A stretch of 64,000 nt of DNA from Alphaproteobacteria bacterium (GTDB taxonomy: Bacteria; Pseudomonadota; Alphaproteobacteria; Bin95), in assembly GCA_964291285.2 (NCBI GenBank), contig OZ219785.1:32001-96000 (forward strand), given 5' to 3'. The notes under the pieces were generated by a model. It was not told where the DNA came from and made no database searches. It worked only from the letters and a program-made list of their open reading frames with translations. Shown piece by piece: positions 51,460 through 61,064 of this stretch. Every line of letters starts with the position of its first letter. Position 1 is the stretch's first letter. The position numbers were made by a program, and so were the translations under genes.

Positions 51460-51902
51460 TCCAGAGCGTCCTGCGTGCCGCCGTTGGCCGGCGCCGCCGG
51501 TTCCCGGGCGGAGCCGTCTCCGGTGTCCGGTTTTTCGGCTGCATCGGCCGTTTGCGAACGCGGGCCGCCCAGCATGTTGACCACACCCTGCGCGCCGGCG
51601 ACGACGATCTCGGTGATCGCCCGGTCGTTCCCCTCCCGGTCGCGGTATTCGCGCGTCGCGATCCGGCCCTCGACCATCACTGCATCGCCCTTGCGCAGCA
51701 TCGTTTCCACCGCCCCGACGGCCGGCCCGTACACAACGACCCGATGCCACTCGGTGGCCTCGGCGGGCCGGCCCTCGCGGTCAGTCCATTTCTCGGTGGT
51801 GGCGAGCGAGAAGGTCGCCGCCCTGCCGCCGTTCTTCAGGTCTCGGACATCCGGATCGCGACCCGCATGACCCACCAGAGTGGCCCGGTTCATGTTCAGC
51901 AT
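51456..51902 (-). CDS. ssb: single-stranded DNA-binding protein
   Basis: NRATLVG..G.DP, SLATT, TEWHRV, KG..V.VEG, TEIV. Lacks the acidic DDDIPF tail. Confidence 0.92.
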   Translation of the reverse strand: MLNMNRATLVGHAGRDPDVRDLKNGGRAATFSLATTEKWTDREGRPAEATEWHRVVVYGPAVGAVETMLRKGDAVMVEGRIATREYRDREGNDRAITEIVVAGAQGVVNMLGGPRSQTADAAEKPDTGDGSAREPAAPANGGTQDALE

Positions 51903-51906
51903 GGCT

Positions 51907-52635
51907 TCAGTCCTCTTGTTGGGGGCTTGTCCCCCGGATCGGGGGAGCCTGTCCCCGCGAAGGCGGGGAGGGCAGGCGGGCTATCGATCCGGGACCGTCC
52001 CGGTTCTCGACCGGGGTCTCGGTAATGCGCAGCCGGGTTCCGGCCTGCTCGACCAGGCTCGGCGTCGCCGCGATTTCGAACCGCGCGGCGAGGCGCCCGC
52101 CCTGGTCGAAGAAGAAGGGGCGGCGGTGCCGCCGCATCAGGTCGAGCGGCCGCCCGGCGAGCAGCACGATCTTTGCGGGACGGTCATGGGCAAGCGCCCA
52201 GGCGATCTCGGCCTCCCGCCTGCCGTCGACGAACAGCAGGTCGCGGGCGAGCGTCATGCGCTCCAGCGGGTTGACCCGTGTGCCGGCGGCGGCGATGAGC
52301 ACGCCGTCGGCCGCCCGGATGTCCTCCGCGACCGTGATGGCGGGGTCCCACAGCCGGCGGCGCTCCCTCGCGGCGGGCGCGATGCCGGGCGCCGGGTCCG
52401 GTTCCTCCAGCGTCCGCCGGGCGTTGGCGCGGGCCTCGCTCTCCAGCCGCGCCAGCGCGCCGGTGCGTTCCAATTCGATCAGACGCGCCTCGATCTGTTC
52501 CAGAAGGTCGGGCTCGGCGACCGGCCATGTCGCACCGCGAACGCCCAGGTCCTTTGCGGATGCAGCGGACGGAATTCCCGCAACTGGCAGGGCGGCCAGC
52601 GTCGCGGCGAGCAGCAGGACGGCGGGGCGCCTCAT
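51907..52635 (-). CDS. traW: F-type TraW
   Basis: DLG..G.TWPVAEPDLL, GTRVNPL, FFDQGG.L. Confidence 0.93.
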   Translation of the reverse strand: MRRPAVLLLAATLAALPVAGIPSAASAKDLGVRGATWPVAEPDLLEQIEARLIELERTGALARLESEARANARRTLEEPDPAPGIAPAARERRRLWDPAITVAEDIRAADGVLIAAAGTRVNPLERMTLARDLLFVDGRREAEIAWALAHDRPAKIVLLAGRPLDLMRRHRRPFFFDQGGRLAARFEIAATPSLVEQAGTRLRITETPVENRDGPGSIARLPSPPSRGQAPPIRGTSPQQED

Positions 52636-53228
52636 CGCGGCATCTCCGCTACCGGCGCCGCGCCGGCCTCGTTCACGTCCTCCGGCCCGACCAGCGGCCC
52701 CTCCAGGCCCAGCCAGGGAATGTCCGGCATGGCAACGGCGCGTCCGAGGATGCGCCTGCGCGGCACGAGGCCGATCTCCGCATAGCGGCTGTCGTGGGAG
52801 TCCGCATGATCGGCGTGCACGTAGAAATGCCCCGGCGGGATGATCCCGGGCGCGATGGCCCGGAGCAGTCGTCCGTCCAGTGCGTGCGTCTTCGCCCGGC
52901 CGGCGGGAACGCCGTCGAGCCGGACCGTCCCGTCCTCATCGACCGAGACCGTCATGCCCGGCACGCCGCGCACGGTCTTGAGATACGGCAATTCCGAGCC
53001 CACCGCCTCGGGCGGCTCGAACAGCACCCGGTGGCCGATCGCCGGGGCCTCGCCGAACAGCGGGAACGCGGCATAGCCCCAGGCCCCGTCCGACCAGCTC
53101 GCATTGACATGCAGATGCGAGGCCCCGGCGAGCCAGAGCACCGCCAGCGCAATCATGGCGGCGAGGGCGACATTGCGGCGGCGGGCCGGCGCCGACTTCA
53201 GGGCGAACGCCGCCCGCCCGGCAGTCAC
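52632..53228 (-). CDS. conjugative S26 signal peptidase (TrhF-like)
   Basis: NAS, YLKTVRGVPG, SHDSRY. Confidence 0.88.
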   Translation of the reverse strand: MTAGRAAFALKSAPARRRNVALAAMIALAVLWLAGASHLHVNASWSDGAWGYAAFPLFGEAPAIGHRVLFEPPEAVGSELPYLKTVRGVPGMTVSVDEDGTVRLDGVPAGRAKTHALDGRLLRAIAPGIIPPGHFYVHADHADSHDSRYAEIGLVPRRRILGRAVAMPDIPWLGLEGPLVGPEDVNEAGAAPVAEMPR

Positions 53229-53620
53229 GGCTTCTCTCCGGCCGGCGTCGTTTCGCGCCGCGCCAGGAGCGCCGCCAGCGCCGCCTCCACTTCCGGCGTC
53301 AGGTCCGGCGCCCCGGCGGCGACCGCGCGCGCCGGCAGCAGCACCGCGCCGTGACGCCCGGATACCCGATCGAGCGCGGCTTCGAGCGCCTCGCCCCAGC
53401 TCCGCACGTCTTCCGCCGTTTGGCCCTCTGCCGCCGCTCGCGTGGTGTAGGCGGCGGTCATCTCGCCGAGCCGCACGCTGGCGATGGACGCGGCCTCGGG
53501 CGCGGCGAACCTCAGCATGGCCGCCGCGACCGCCGCCGCCACGGCGCCCGAGAGCAGCGCCGCTGACACCATCACCGGCCAGCTCGACGCGCTACGGTCC
53601 ATATCAGGCCTGCGCGGCAT
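53225..53620 (-). CDS. trbI: F-type TrbI
   Basis: N-terminal TM, AVLL..AV.AGAPDLT motif; position upstream of trhF/traW. Confidence 0.8.
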   Translation of the reverse strand: MPRRPDMDRSASSWPVMVSAALLSGAVAAAVAAAMLRFAAPEAASIASVRLGEMTAAYTTRAAAEGQTAEDVRSWGEALEAALDRVSGRHGAVLLPARAVAAGAPDLTPEVEAALAALLARRETTPAGEKP

Positions 53621-53826
53621 CTGCGTCGTTCGTTCGGGAGATGGCCTCGCGCCGCTCTTCTTCCGCCCCGGCAAGCGCCCGGAAACGGGCGAGCCAGCTC
53701 TCGGCGGCCTTGTCCGGCGGCATCGGGCGGATGCGCCGCTTCAGCGGCGGGAAGGCGACACCGGCGCTCGCGGGCGCATCCTTCATAATGTCCCGGCGCT
53801 CGGCTGCGGCCGCCATTCTGGTGACG
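53604..53826 (-). pseudogene. 3' remnant of the gene preceding trbI (position of traC)
   Basis: Open frame from the intron 3' end to a stop overlapping trbI. Identity is inferred from synteny only. Confidence 0.4.
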
Positions 53827-56046
53827 ATAGGGTCGGACCGAAGCGCCCTGTCGGCCTTACGGCCGCCGGGTTTCTTCGGCCCGCCCTCCGAACCGGACGT
53901 GCACCTTTCGTTATGCATCCGGCTCTCCAAAGGCTTTCGCGAAGTCGGGAGACCTCATCCATTTGAGCTCGAACCGCGCGACCCGAACGTAGGCCATGAG
54001 GTATTGCTCAACGCCGCCCTCGGCCCAGGCACGAGTGCCCGGATGGACCCGGCTACGCCGGAGCCATATCTTGGACAGCCTCCTCGTGGGAACGCGCTTG
54101 TGCTTACTCCGTAGCCACAGCCAGAGCCGATGGCCCACATACCGGTCCAGAGCGCACAGAATGCGCTTCGCACCGATGCAGTATCGGTAGTAGTTGGCCC
54201 ATCCCCGGAGGAGCGGATTGACTTCCTGGAGCATGCTTTCCAGCGACCGACCTTGCGTCTGCCGCCTGAGCACTTTCTTCACCCGCCAGCGGAAGTCGTT
54301 GACCACCTCCTTCGGGATTTCGACCCGGCACCAGTAGCCATACCGGTCGTCCCATTTGAGACGAACCAGACAGCCAAGGAACCGGAACCCTTCCGTCAGT
54401 GCGGTGACCCGCGTCTTCTGTTCCGATAGCGTCAGCCCCATCTCCTCGCGCAGCCATTCGGCAAGCGCCTGCCTTTCGGCAACCGCGTCCTCGTAGCTGC
54501 CGGACACGAAGATCAGGAAGTCGTCGGCATACCGGACCGGGTAGAGGACCAGTCGCCCGGCCCTCCTTTCCTTGATGCGCCGGACCGCAGCCCTTCTCGC
54601 CCCGTCTGTGCGAAGCTTGGGATCATGCGGGAGCCTGACCCACCGCCAGTACCGTTCCTCGATCGCGCTTAGCGCGATGTTGGCCAGCAACGGTGACAGA
54701 ACGCCCCCTTGAGGCGTGCCGGTGGCCGTCGGATTGTAAACAAAATCCTCCAGCACTCCGGCCTTGAGGAACCGCACGATCAGCCGGTTCACCTTCCGAT
54801 CCGCGCAGGATTTCCGCACGCGGTCCATCAGGTGGTGATGGCCGATATTGTCGAAGCAGCCCTCGATGTCGCCTTCAATCACCCATTGATAGGGAGGGTC
54901 GCGATGCACTCCATCCGCCGCGATTTTGGAGGGGCGAATGGTCTGCCGGATGTGTTCGAGTGCGCCATGGCAGCCCCGTCCGGGCCGGAACCCGTAGGAG
55001 ACTTGCCAGAAACGCGCCTCGAAGATCGGCTCCAGGATATTCTTGACCGCGCATTGCACCACGCGATCAGCGACGGTGGGGATACCGAGGGGTCGGAACT
55101 TTCCCGGTCTGCCCGGCTTCGGAATCCACTTTCGCCTCGCGGGCGACGGTCGGTAGCTGCCGTTCCGCAGCGCCTCCCGCAACCCGTCCAGAAAGAGCGG
55201 TACGCCTCCGTCGCCGGCGGCGATTTTCGCCACCGTCAACCCGTCGACACCCGGCGTCCGTCTGCCCTTATTGTGGGCAATCGTCTGCCAAGCACAGCGA
55301 AGATTGCGCGGATCGGTTACCCAGTTCCACACATCGCCGTAGGCACCTTCGGGCGTCTCCTTACTCCACTGGTACAACTTCCGCTGCACGCTGAGGAGCC
55401 AAGCCTTTTCGGCCTGATTATCGAAGTCCATCGACAGTCCCTCCGTCATGAAAGTCGTTCCACCTTCTGCCCCCCTTCGCCATGTGCGCGGCTTTCCCGC
55501 GCTCCGACTACTACGAGGGCTCTGCCCCCATGCAGACCGTCTCCGTTCTCCGCGGCTAGCCCGGCTCCGTACCGGGCGGACGGCATGGGTTCCCGTGTTC
55601 CGATGACAAACCTCAGACCCTTAGGCGGCATGCTCTACCCCTTGCGGCTCGGGGATACGGGATAGAAGGGTTGACCCGTATCCGAGTGCGATTGGCGCAC
55701 CCACCAGAAGGCAACGCTTAGGCCAACCGGTTCGGTCCGCATTCCCTCCGCCCCGTCGGGCCATTGAGGGTCGAGCTGTAAGTAAAGAGGCTTCCGACGC
55801 ATGCTTCGCATGTCGCTCGCCATAGGTCCTGTGGTAGCCCGGCCCGCGAGCGACGGCTCGCGTCCGGTCCAGTTCAGGTCGCAGCTTTTTCGCCCCGCCG
55901 CCGGAAAACGGCGGAACTTAGCGACCCCCTTCCGTCCGGCACCCTCCGCCGGACGGGGTGGCGTTTCAGCCACCGGTCGATCATCGGCACGACCAAGCCG
56001 TTGAGTTAACTCATGTTTTCTCTCCTTCTTGGTCTTCACGGCGCAC
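53827..56046 (-). mobile_element. complete group II intron, 2220 nt
   Basis: 5' GTGCGCCGTGAAG at 56046. Domain V GAGCCGGATGCATAACGAAAGGTGCACGTCCGGTTC. Domain VI ends CCGACCCTAT at 53827. Confidence 0.92.
53911..55449 (-). CDS. ltrA: group II intron reverse transcriptase/maturase, no endonuclease domain seen
   Basis: TPGVDG, RPLGIPTVADR, SYGFRPGR, GTPQGG..SPLLANI, RYADD, GWANYY. Confidence 0.95.
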   Translation of the reverse strand: MTEGLSMDFDNQAEKAWLLSVQRKLYQWSKETPEGAYGDVWNWVTDPRNLRCAWQTIAHNKGRRTPGVDGLTVAKIAAGDGGVPLFLDGLREALRNGSYRPSPARRKWIPKPGRPGKFRPLGIPTVADRVVQCAVKNILEPIFEARFWQVSYGFRPGRGCHGALEHIRQTIRPSKIAADGVHRDPPYQWVIEGDIEGCFDNIGHHHLMDRVRKSCADRKVNRLIVRFLKAGVLEDFVYNPTATGTPQGGVLSPLLANIALSAIEERYWRWVRLPHDPKLRTDGARRAAVRRIKERRAGRLVLYPVRYADDFLIFVSGSYEDAVAERQALAEWLREEMGLTLSEQKTRVTALTEGFRFLGCLVRLKWDDRYGYWCRVEIPKEVVNDFRWRVKKVLRRQTQGRSLESMLQEVNPLLRGWANYYRYCIGAKRILCALDRYVGHRLWLWLRSKHKRVPTRRLSKIWLRRSRVHPGTRAWAEGGVEQYLMAYVRVARFELKWMRSPDFAKAFGEPDA

Positions 56047-58658
56047 TCGCGCAGCAGCTCTTCCTGCTCGCGGTCACCGTGGCGTCCTTCCCGGTGCTCT
56101 ACGTCTCGCTCGAACTGCCCAAGCAGATCATCAACGACGCCATCAGCGGCTCGGGCTTCCCCCGGTCGCTGCTCGGGCTGGAGCTCGGGCAGATCGAGTA
56201 TCTGATGGTGCTGAGCTTCGCCTTCCTCGGCCTCGTGCTCCTGAACGGCGCCTTCAAATTCGCCATCAACACCGGCAAGGGCCGCCTCGGCGAACGGCTG
56301 CTGCGCCGCCTGCGCTACGACCTCTATTCGCGCCTGCTGCGCTTCCCGCTGCCGGTCTTCAAGCGCACGGGCCAGGGCGAGATCATCCCGATGGTGACGC
56401 AGGAGGTCGAGCCGCTCGGCGGCTTCATGGGCGATGCGCTGGCCCAGCCGGTCTATCAGCTGGGCTACCTCGTCACCATCGGCGCCTTCATGCTGATCCA
56501 GGAGCCCATTCTCGGCCTTGCCGCGCTCGCGCTCTACCCGTTCCAGATGTATGCGATCCCGAAGCTCCAGCGCCGGGTGACCGCGCTCGCCAAGCAGCGC
56601 GTGCAGCATGTGCGCCGGCTGTCCGACCGGATCGGCGAGTCGATCTCGACCATCGAGGCCGTCCACGCCGATGACGGCTCCAACCGGCTGCGCGCCGACA
56701 TCGCCAGCCGCCTCGGCGGCATCTACGACATCCGCTACGAGATCTTCCGGCGCAAGTTCTTCATCAAGTTCCTCAACAATTTCCTGGCGCAGCTCACCCC
56801 CTTCTTCTTCTACTCGATCGGCGGCTACCTGATCATCGAGGGTCGCCTCAGCTTCGGCGCCATGGTCGCCGTGCTCGCCGCCTACAAGGACATGTCCGCG
56901 CCCTGGAAGGAGTTGCTGGCCTACTACCAGCAGCAGGCCGACGCGCGCATCAAATACGACCAGGTCGTCCAGCAGTTCGATCCGCCCGGCATGATCGACG
57001 AGGCCCTGCAGGTGGAGGAGGCCGAGGCCCTGCCGCAGATCCGGCCGGACAGCCGGCTCGGGTTTGAGAATGCTGCTTATGCGGAGGACGAGATCTCCCA
57101 GCCGGTGCGCAGCGCCACCCTGTCGCTCGGCCTGGGCGAACATGTCGCCATCGTCGGCCCGAGCGGCGGCGGCAAGGAGGAGCTCGGCCTGCTCGCCGCC
57201 CGGCTGGCCACCGTCACCGGCGGGCGCGCGCATCTGGACGGCACTGCGCTCGCCGACCTGCCGCAGGCGGTGTTCGGGCGCCAGGCGGCCTATGTCGGGC
57301 CGAACGCCAGCCTCTTCAACACGACCGTGCGCGAGAACCTGCTGTTCGGCCTGCGCCACCGGCCGCTGCGGCCCGCCGACCTCGACCCGGAGGACGCCGC
57401 CCGCCGCGACGCCCGCGCGGCCGAGGCCCGGCGCTCCGGCAACAGCGACGCCGATTTCGGCGCGGACTGGGTGGACTACGAGGCCGCCGGCGCCGCCCCC
57501 GGCCGGGAGATGGCGCGCCGGATGGTGGAGGTGCTGACGGCCGTCGGCCTCGACGACGACCTCTACACGCTGGGCCTGCGCGGCGTGCTCGACCCGGACG
57601 CCCATGCGGGCCTCGCCGAACGGGTGCTGGAGGCGCGCGCCGCACTCCGCTCCCGCCTCGACGCGCCGGGCGCGGCCGCCCCCATCGAGCCCTTCGACGC
57701 CGGCGCCTACAATGTCAACGCCACGCTCGCCGAGAACCTCCTGTTCGGCGCGCCCATCGGCCCGGCCTTCGAGGTCGGGAACTTGGCCGGCCACCCCTTC
57801 GTGCGCGGCGTGCTGGAGGAAGCCGGCCTGCTGGACCGGCTGGAGGGCATCGGCCTCCAGGTGGCGAAGATCATGGTGGAGCTGTTCGCCGACATCGACC
57901 CCGGCCACGAGCTCTTCCAGCAGTTCTCCTTCATCGACGCCGACGACCTGCCCGACTTCCGGGCGATCGCCGCGCGCGCCGACCGGCTGGGGCTGGAGGG
58001 GCTGGAGGGGGAGGAACGCGAGCGGCTGCTCGGCCTGCCCTTCCTGCTGATCCCGGAGCGCCACCGCCTCGGCCTCATCGACGACGCCATCCGCGCCGAC
58101 CTGCTCGAGGCGCGCCGCCTCTTCCGCGAGCGCCTGCCGGAGGCGGACCGCGCCTCGGTCGAGTTCTTCGACGCCGACCGCTATGCGGCGCAGGCGAGCC
58201 TCCAGGACAACATCCTGTTCGGGCGCATCCGCCACGGCGAGGCCCACGGCGCGGCCCGGGTGAGCGCGCTGCTCGGCGAGGTCGTGGACGAGGTCGGCAT
58301 CCGCGAGGCGGTGATGGAGGCGGGGCTCGCCTTCGAGGTCGGCATCGGCGGCAGCCGCCTGACGCAGACCCAGCGCCAGAAGCTCGCCTTCGCCCGCGCG
58401 CTGCTCAAGCGCCCGGCGCTGCTGGTGGTCAACATGGCGACCGCCGGCGTCGAGCGGGTGGCGCGCCAGATGCTCTTCCTCGCCGCCCGCACGGCGATGG
58501 AGGGGCGCGGGATCGTGTGGGTGCTGGAATCGCCGGAGCTGGCGGAGAGCTTCCCGCGCACCGTCGTCGTCGAGGACGGGCGCACGGTCGAGGACGGCAC
58601 ATACGGGGAGCTGAGCGCGGCCGGCGGCCCGCTCGCCCGGCTCCTGCGGCAGTCATGA
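56047..58658 (+). pseudogene. ABC transporter permease/ATPase missing its first codons
   Basis: SLELPKQIIN TM domain, GPSGGGK, RLTQTQRQKL. The ORF-track ATG at 56013 lies inside the intron. Confidence 0.8.
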
Positions 58659-58671
58659 GGAGGAACGGACC

Positions 58672-59130
58672 ATGGCGCTGAACGAAGAAGTCGAGGCGCT
58701 CCGCGCCATCCCGCTGTTCCAGCGCATCGAGGCCTCGAAGCTGCGCCTGCTCGCCTTCACCAGCGAGCGGGTGCGCTTCCGGCCGGGCGACCTCGTGGTG
58801 GAGGAGGGCGATATCGGCGATGCCGCCTACATCGTGCTGGAGGGCGCGGCCGAGGTGCTGGTCGAGACCCCCCAGGGCCCGCTCAAGGTGGCCGACCTCG
58901 GCAGGAACGACATCATCGGCGAGATCGCGATCCTGATCGACGTGCCGAGGACCGCCACCGTGCGCACGACGGAGGCGATGACGGCGCTGCGCATCTCCAA
59001 GGAGCTGTTCTTCCGCCTGGTGGCCGAGTTCCCGCAGATGGCGGTCGAGATCATGCGCGAGCTCGCCCAGCGCCTCGACAAGACCACCCACGACCTCCGC
59101 GAAGCCCGCGCGCAGCTTGCCGCGGGGTGA
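58672..59130 (+). CDS. cyclic-nucleotide-binding domain protein
   Basis: LRAIPLF, EGDIGDAAYIVLEG, GEIAIL..PRTATV; GAGGAGG RBS. Confidence 0.92.
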   Translation: MALNEEVEALRAIPLFQRIEASKLRLLAFTSERVRFRPGDLVVEEGDIGDAAYIVLEGAAEVLVETPQGPLKVADLGRNDIIGEIAILIDVPRTATVRTTEAMTALRISKELFFRLVAEFPQMAVEIMRELAQRLDKTTHDLREARAQLAAG

Positions 59131-59175
59131 GCGGGGGACCCGTGGACCGGAACCAGCACCGACCGCCGGACGGCC

Positions 59176-59410
59176 CTTCCCTCGCTCGCAGGGAGACGGC
59201 GCGCGGAGTCTCCTCCCCCGCTTCCGGGAACACGGCGCACAAACTCCCCTCCCCCGCTTGCGGGGGAGGCCGGGTGGGGGCCCGCTTCCGCGCCAGCGGA
59301 AGCGGCGGGCAAAGCCCGGCAAGGACCCGTCACGCCGCGAGACCCTCCCCCAACCCCTCCCGCAAGCGGGAGGGGGGAAAAGGGGCCGCATCCCGCCTTC
59401 GCGGGGGCAG
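59176..59410. repeat. cluster of REP/RIME-like palindromes
   Basis: cctcccccgcttgcgggggagg and ccctcccgcaagcgggaggg hairpins. Confidence 0.7.
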
Positions 59411-59449
59411 GCGGGCCGCGGGAGCAGGCGGGGCGCGGGACGCCCCGGC

Positions 59450-59941
59450 ATGACGCGGCTCGACAGCGCCATCCGCCGCCTGACGGCCCAGCGCGCCTGC
59501 CTCGACCGGGCGGCGGCGCTGGTCGCGGACGTGCCGGGCCCGGTGCTGGAACTCGGGCTCGGCAACGGGCGCACCTACGACCATCTCCGCGCCCGCCTGC
59601 CGGACCGCGACATCTTCGTGTTCGAGCGCGCCCCGGCCGCCCACCCGGACTGCACGCCGCCCGAAGACCGCCTCGTCATCGGCGACTTCCTCGACACGCT
59701 GCCCCGTGTCCGCCTGCCCGCCCCCGCCGCCCTCGTCCACGCCGACATCGGCACCGGCGACAGGCAGGCCTCGCTGGCGCTCGCCGCCGCGCTCGCCCCC
59801 CTGCTGCCCCGCCTGACGGCCCCCGGCGCCGTGCTCGCCGGCGACCAGCCCATGCCGCTCCCCGGCTGGACGGAGGAACCGCTGCCAGACGGCGTCGCCC
59901 CGGGCCGCTACCGCCTCTACCGGCGGCCGATGGCGGGCTGA
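59450..59941 (+). CDS. class I SAM-dependent methyltransferase (alphaproteobacterial type)
   Basis: MTRLDSAIRRL.AQR, ELGLGNGRTYDHLR, HADIG. Confidence 0.88.
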   Translation: MTRLDSAIRRLTAQRACLDRAAALVADVPGPVLELGLGNGRTYDHLRARLPDRDIFVFERAPAAHPDCTPPEDRLVIGDFLDTLPRVRLPAPAALVHADIGTGDRQASLALAAALAPLLPRLTAPGAVLAGDQPMPLPGWTEEPLPDGVAPGRYRLYRRPMAG

Positions 59942-59985
59942 GCGGGCGGCGGAGCCCGGCAAGCAACCTCCCGTCACGCCGAGGG

Positions 59986-60142
59986 ACCCTCACCCAACCT
60001 CTCCCGCCCAGCGGGAGAGGGGTTTTCACGGGAGCGGGTCGCCTCCTTCTATTCCCCTGTCCTCCCGCCTCCCTCTGTTTCCCCTCCCCCGCTTGCGGGG
60101 GAGGACGGGTGGGGGGCCGCTTTCGCGCCAGCGGAAGCGGCG
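59986..60142. repeat. REP/RIME-like palindromes; 60081-60142 nearly duplicates 59246-59307
   Basis: Direct comparison of the two segments. Confidence 0.75.
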
Positions 60143-60188
60143 ACGGAGCCTTATATCACAAAATCCGGCAAAAATTCCTTCTGAGGGC

Positions 60189-60217
60189 TTGCATCCCGCC
60201 CGTTTGTTCCCTATATA
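60189..60217 (+). promoter_or_regulatory. sigma70-type promoter
   Basis: (C)TTGCAT-N17-TATATA, matching the alphaproteobacterial CTTG..CTATAT pattern. Confidence 0.7.
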
Positions 60218-60220
60218 CCC

Positions 60221-60450
60221 CTCGGAAAGCTATGCCAGACCGAGAGGAAGCGAGGCGATGACGTGGAAGTGAACCGGGGCGCCGGGCGGCGCCTCGCGAG
60301 GGATCTGGGAGCTGTGTCGAGGGGTGACACACCAACAGGACAGGTGCGCGCGCCCGCAGGCCGGCACGGGGCCCCGGCTCGTTGGGCCTGGAACGAATCC
60401 GGGGCGGCCGGCGGGGTGAAAAAGGGCCCGGCCGGCGCACTCACCTGAAA
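60221..60450 (+). ncRNA. candidate structured RNA or long leader, family unknown
   Basis: Nested stems: 60221-25/60240-44, 60250-57/60290-97, 60313-18/60326-31, 60341-46/60442-47 with internal hairpins. Confidence 0.4.
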
Positions 60451-60476
60451 CGGCGACGGAAAGGAAGACGGACAGG

Positions 60477-60932
60477 ATGGCGGACGGGCTGGGAGGCCGG
60501 AGGCCGGGCAAGGCGGTGGGCGAGGACCTGCGCCGCCGGGCGGTGGCGGCGGTGCTGGAGCGGGGGATGAGCTACCGCGCGGTGGCGCTGAAATTCGAGG
60601 TGTGCGCGACCAGCGTGCTCCGGTGGGTCCGGCGCTTCGAGGAGCGCGGCGATGTCCGGGCGGACCCGCCCCGGGGCCGGCGGTCGCGGATCGAGGAAGA
60701 GCGCGCCCGCGTGTTCCGCATCCTGAAGCGGCGCCCGGCCATCACCGTCCCGGCCTTGCGGCGGGCGCTCGCCGCCAGGGGCCTCACCGTCGGCGACGCC
60801 GCGGTGAAACGCTTCCTGAAACGCCACGGCCTGCAACGCAGGCAGCGCCTCGCGGGGCGGGCATCGGCTTCGAGCTTCGTTTACCATGCGCCGGCCGGTG
60901 GGGGCGGTGCACAGGAGGAGGAGAGCCGATGA
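60477..60932 (+). CDS. IS630-transposase-like HTH protein without a DDE domain
   Basis: DLRRRAVAAV..GMSYRAVA..F.V..SV.RW..R plus a second HTH; no catalytic domain follows. Confidence 0.7.
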   Translation: MADGLGGRRPGKAVGEDLRRRAVAAVLERGMSYRAVALKFEVCATSVLRWVRRFEERGDVRADPPRGRRSRIEEERARVFRILKRRPAITVPALRRALAARGLTVGDAAVKRFLKRHGLQRRQRLAGRASASSFVYHAPAGGGGAQEEESR

Positions 60933-61027
60933 CCGACTGGACGACATGCCCGGCCGTGGAACGGAAGCCGGGAAAGGTCAGCGGCGCGTGGGTTTTCGCC
61001 GGCACGCGGGTTCCCTTGTTCGCGCTT
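60929..61027 (+). pseudogene. DUF433 (antitoxin-like) N-terminal fragment
   Basis: DW..CPAVERKPGKVSGAWVF.GTRVP; strong RBS and ATGA overlap; truncated. Confidence 0.75.
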
Positions 61028-61064
61028 GGAGACCCTACCTATTACCGACGAGTGATTAAGTGGT

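Noticed and set aside
53911-55449. Retron, DGR or CRISPR-associated reverse transcriptase
   Set aside because: Intron domains V and VI, the GTGCG start and a maturase domain identify it as a group II intron protein.
56013-56046. Native start of the ABC transporter
   Set aside because: These codons are the antisense strand of the intron 5' end.
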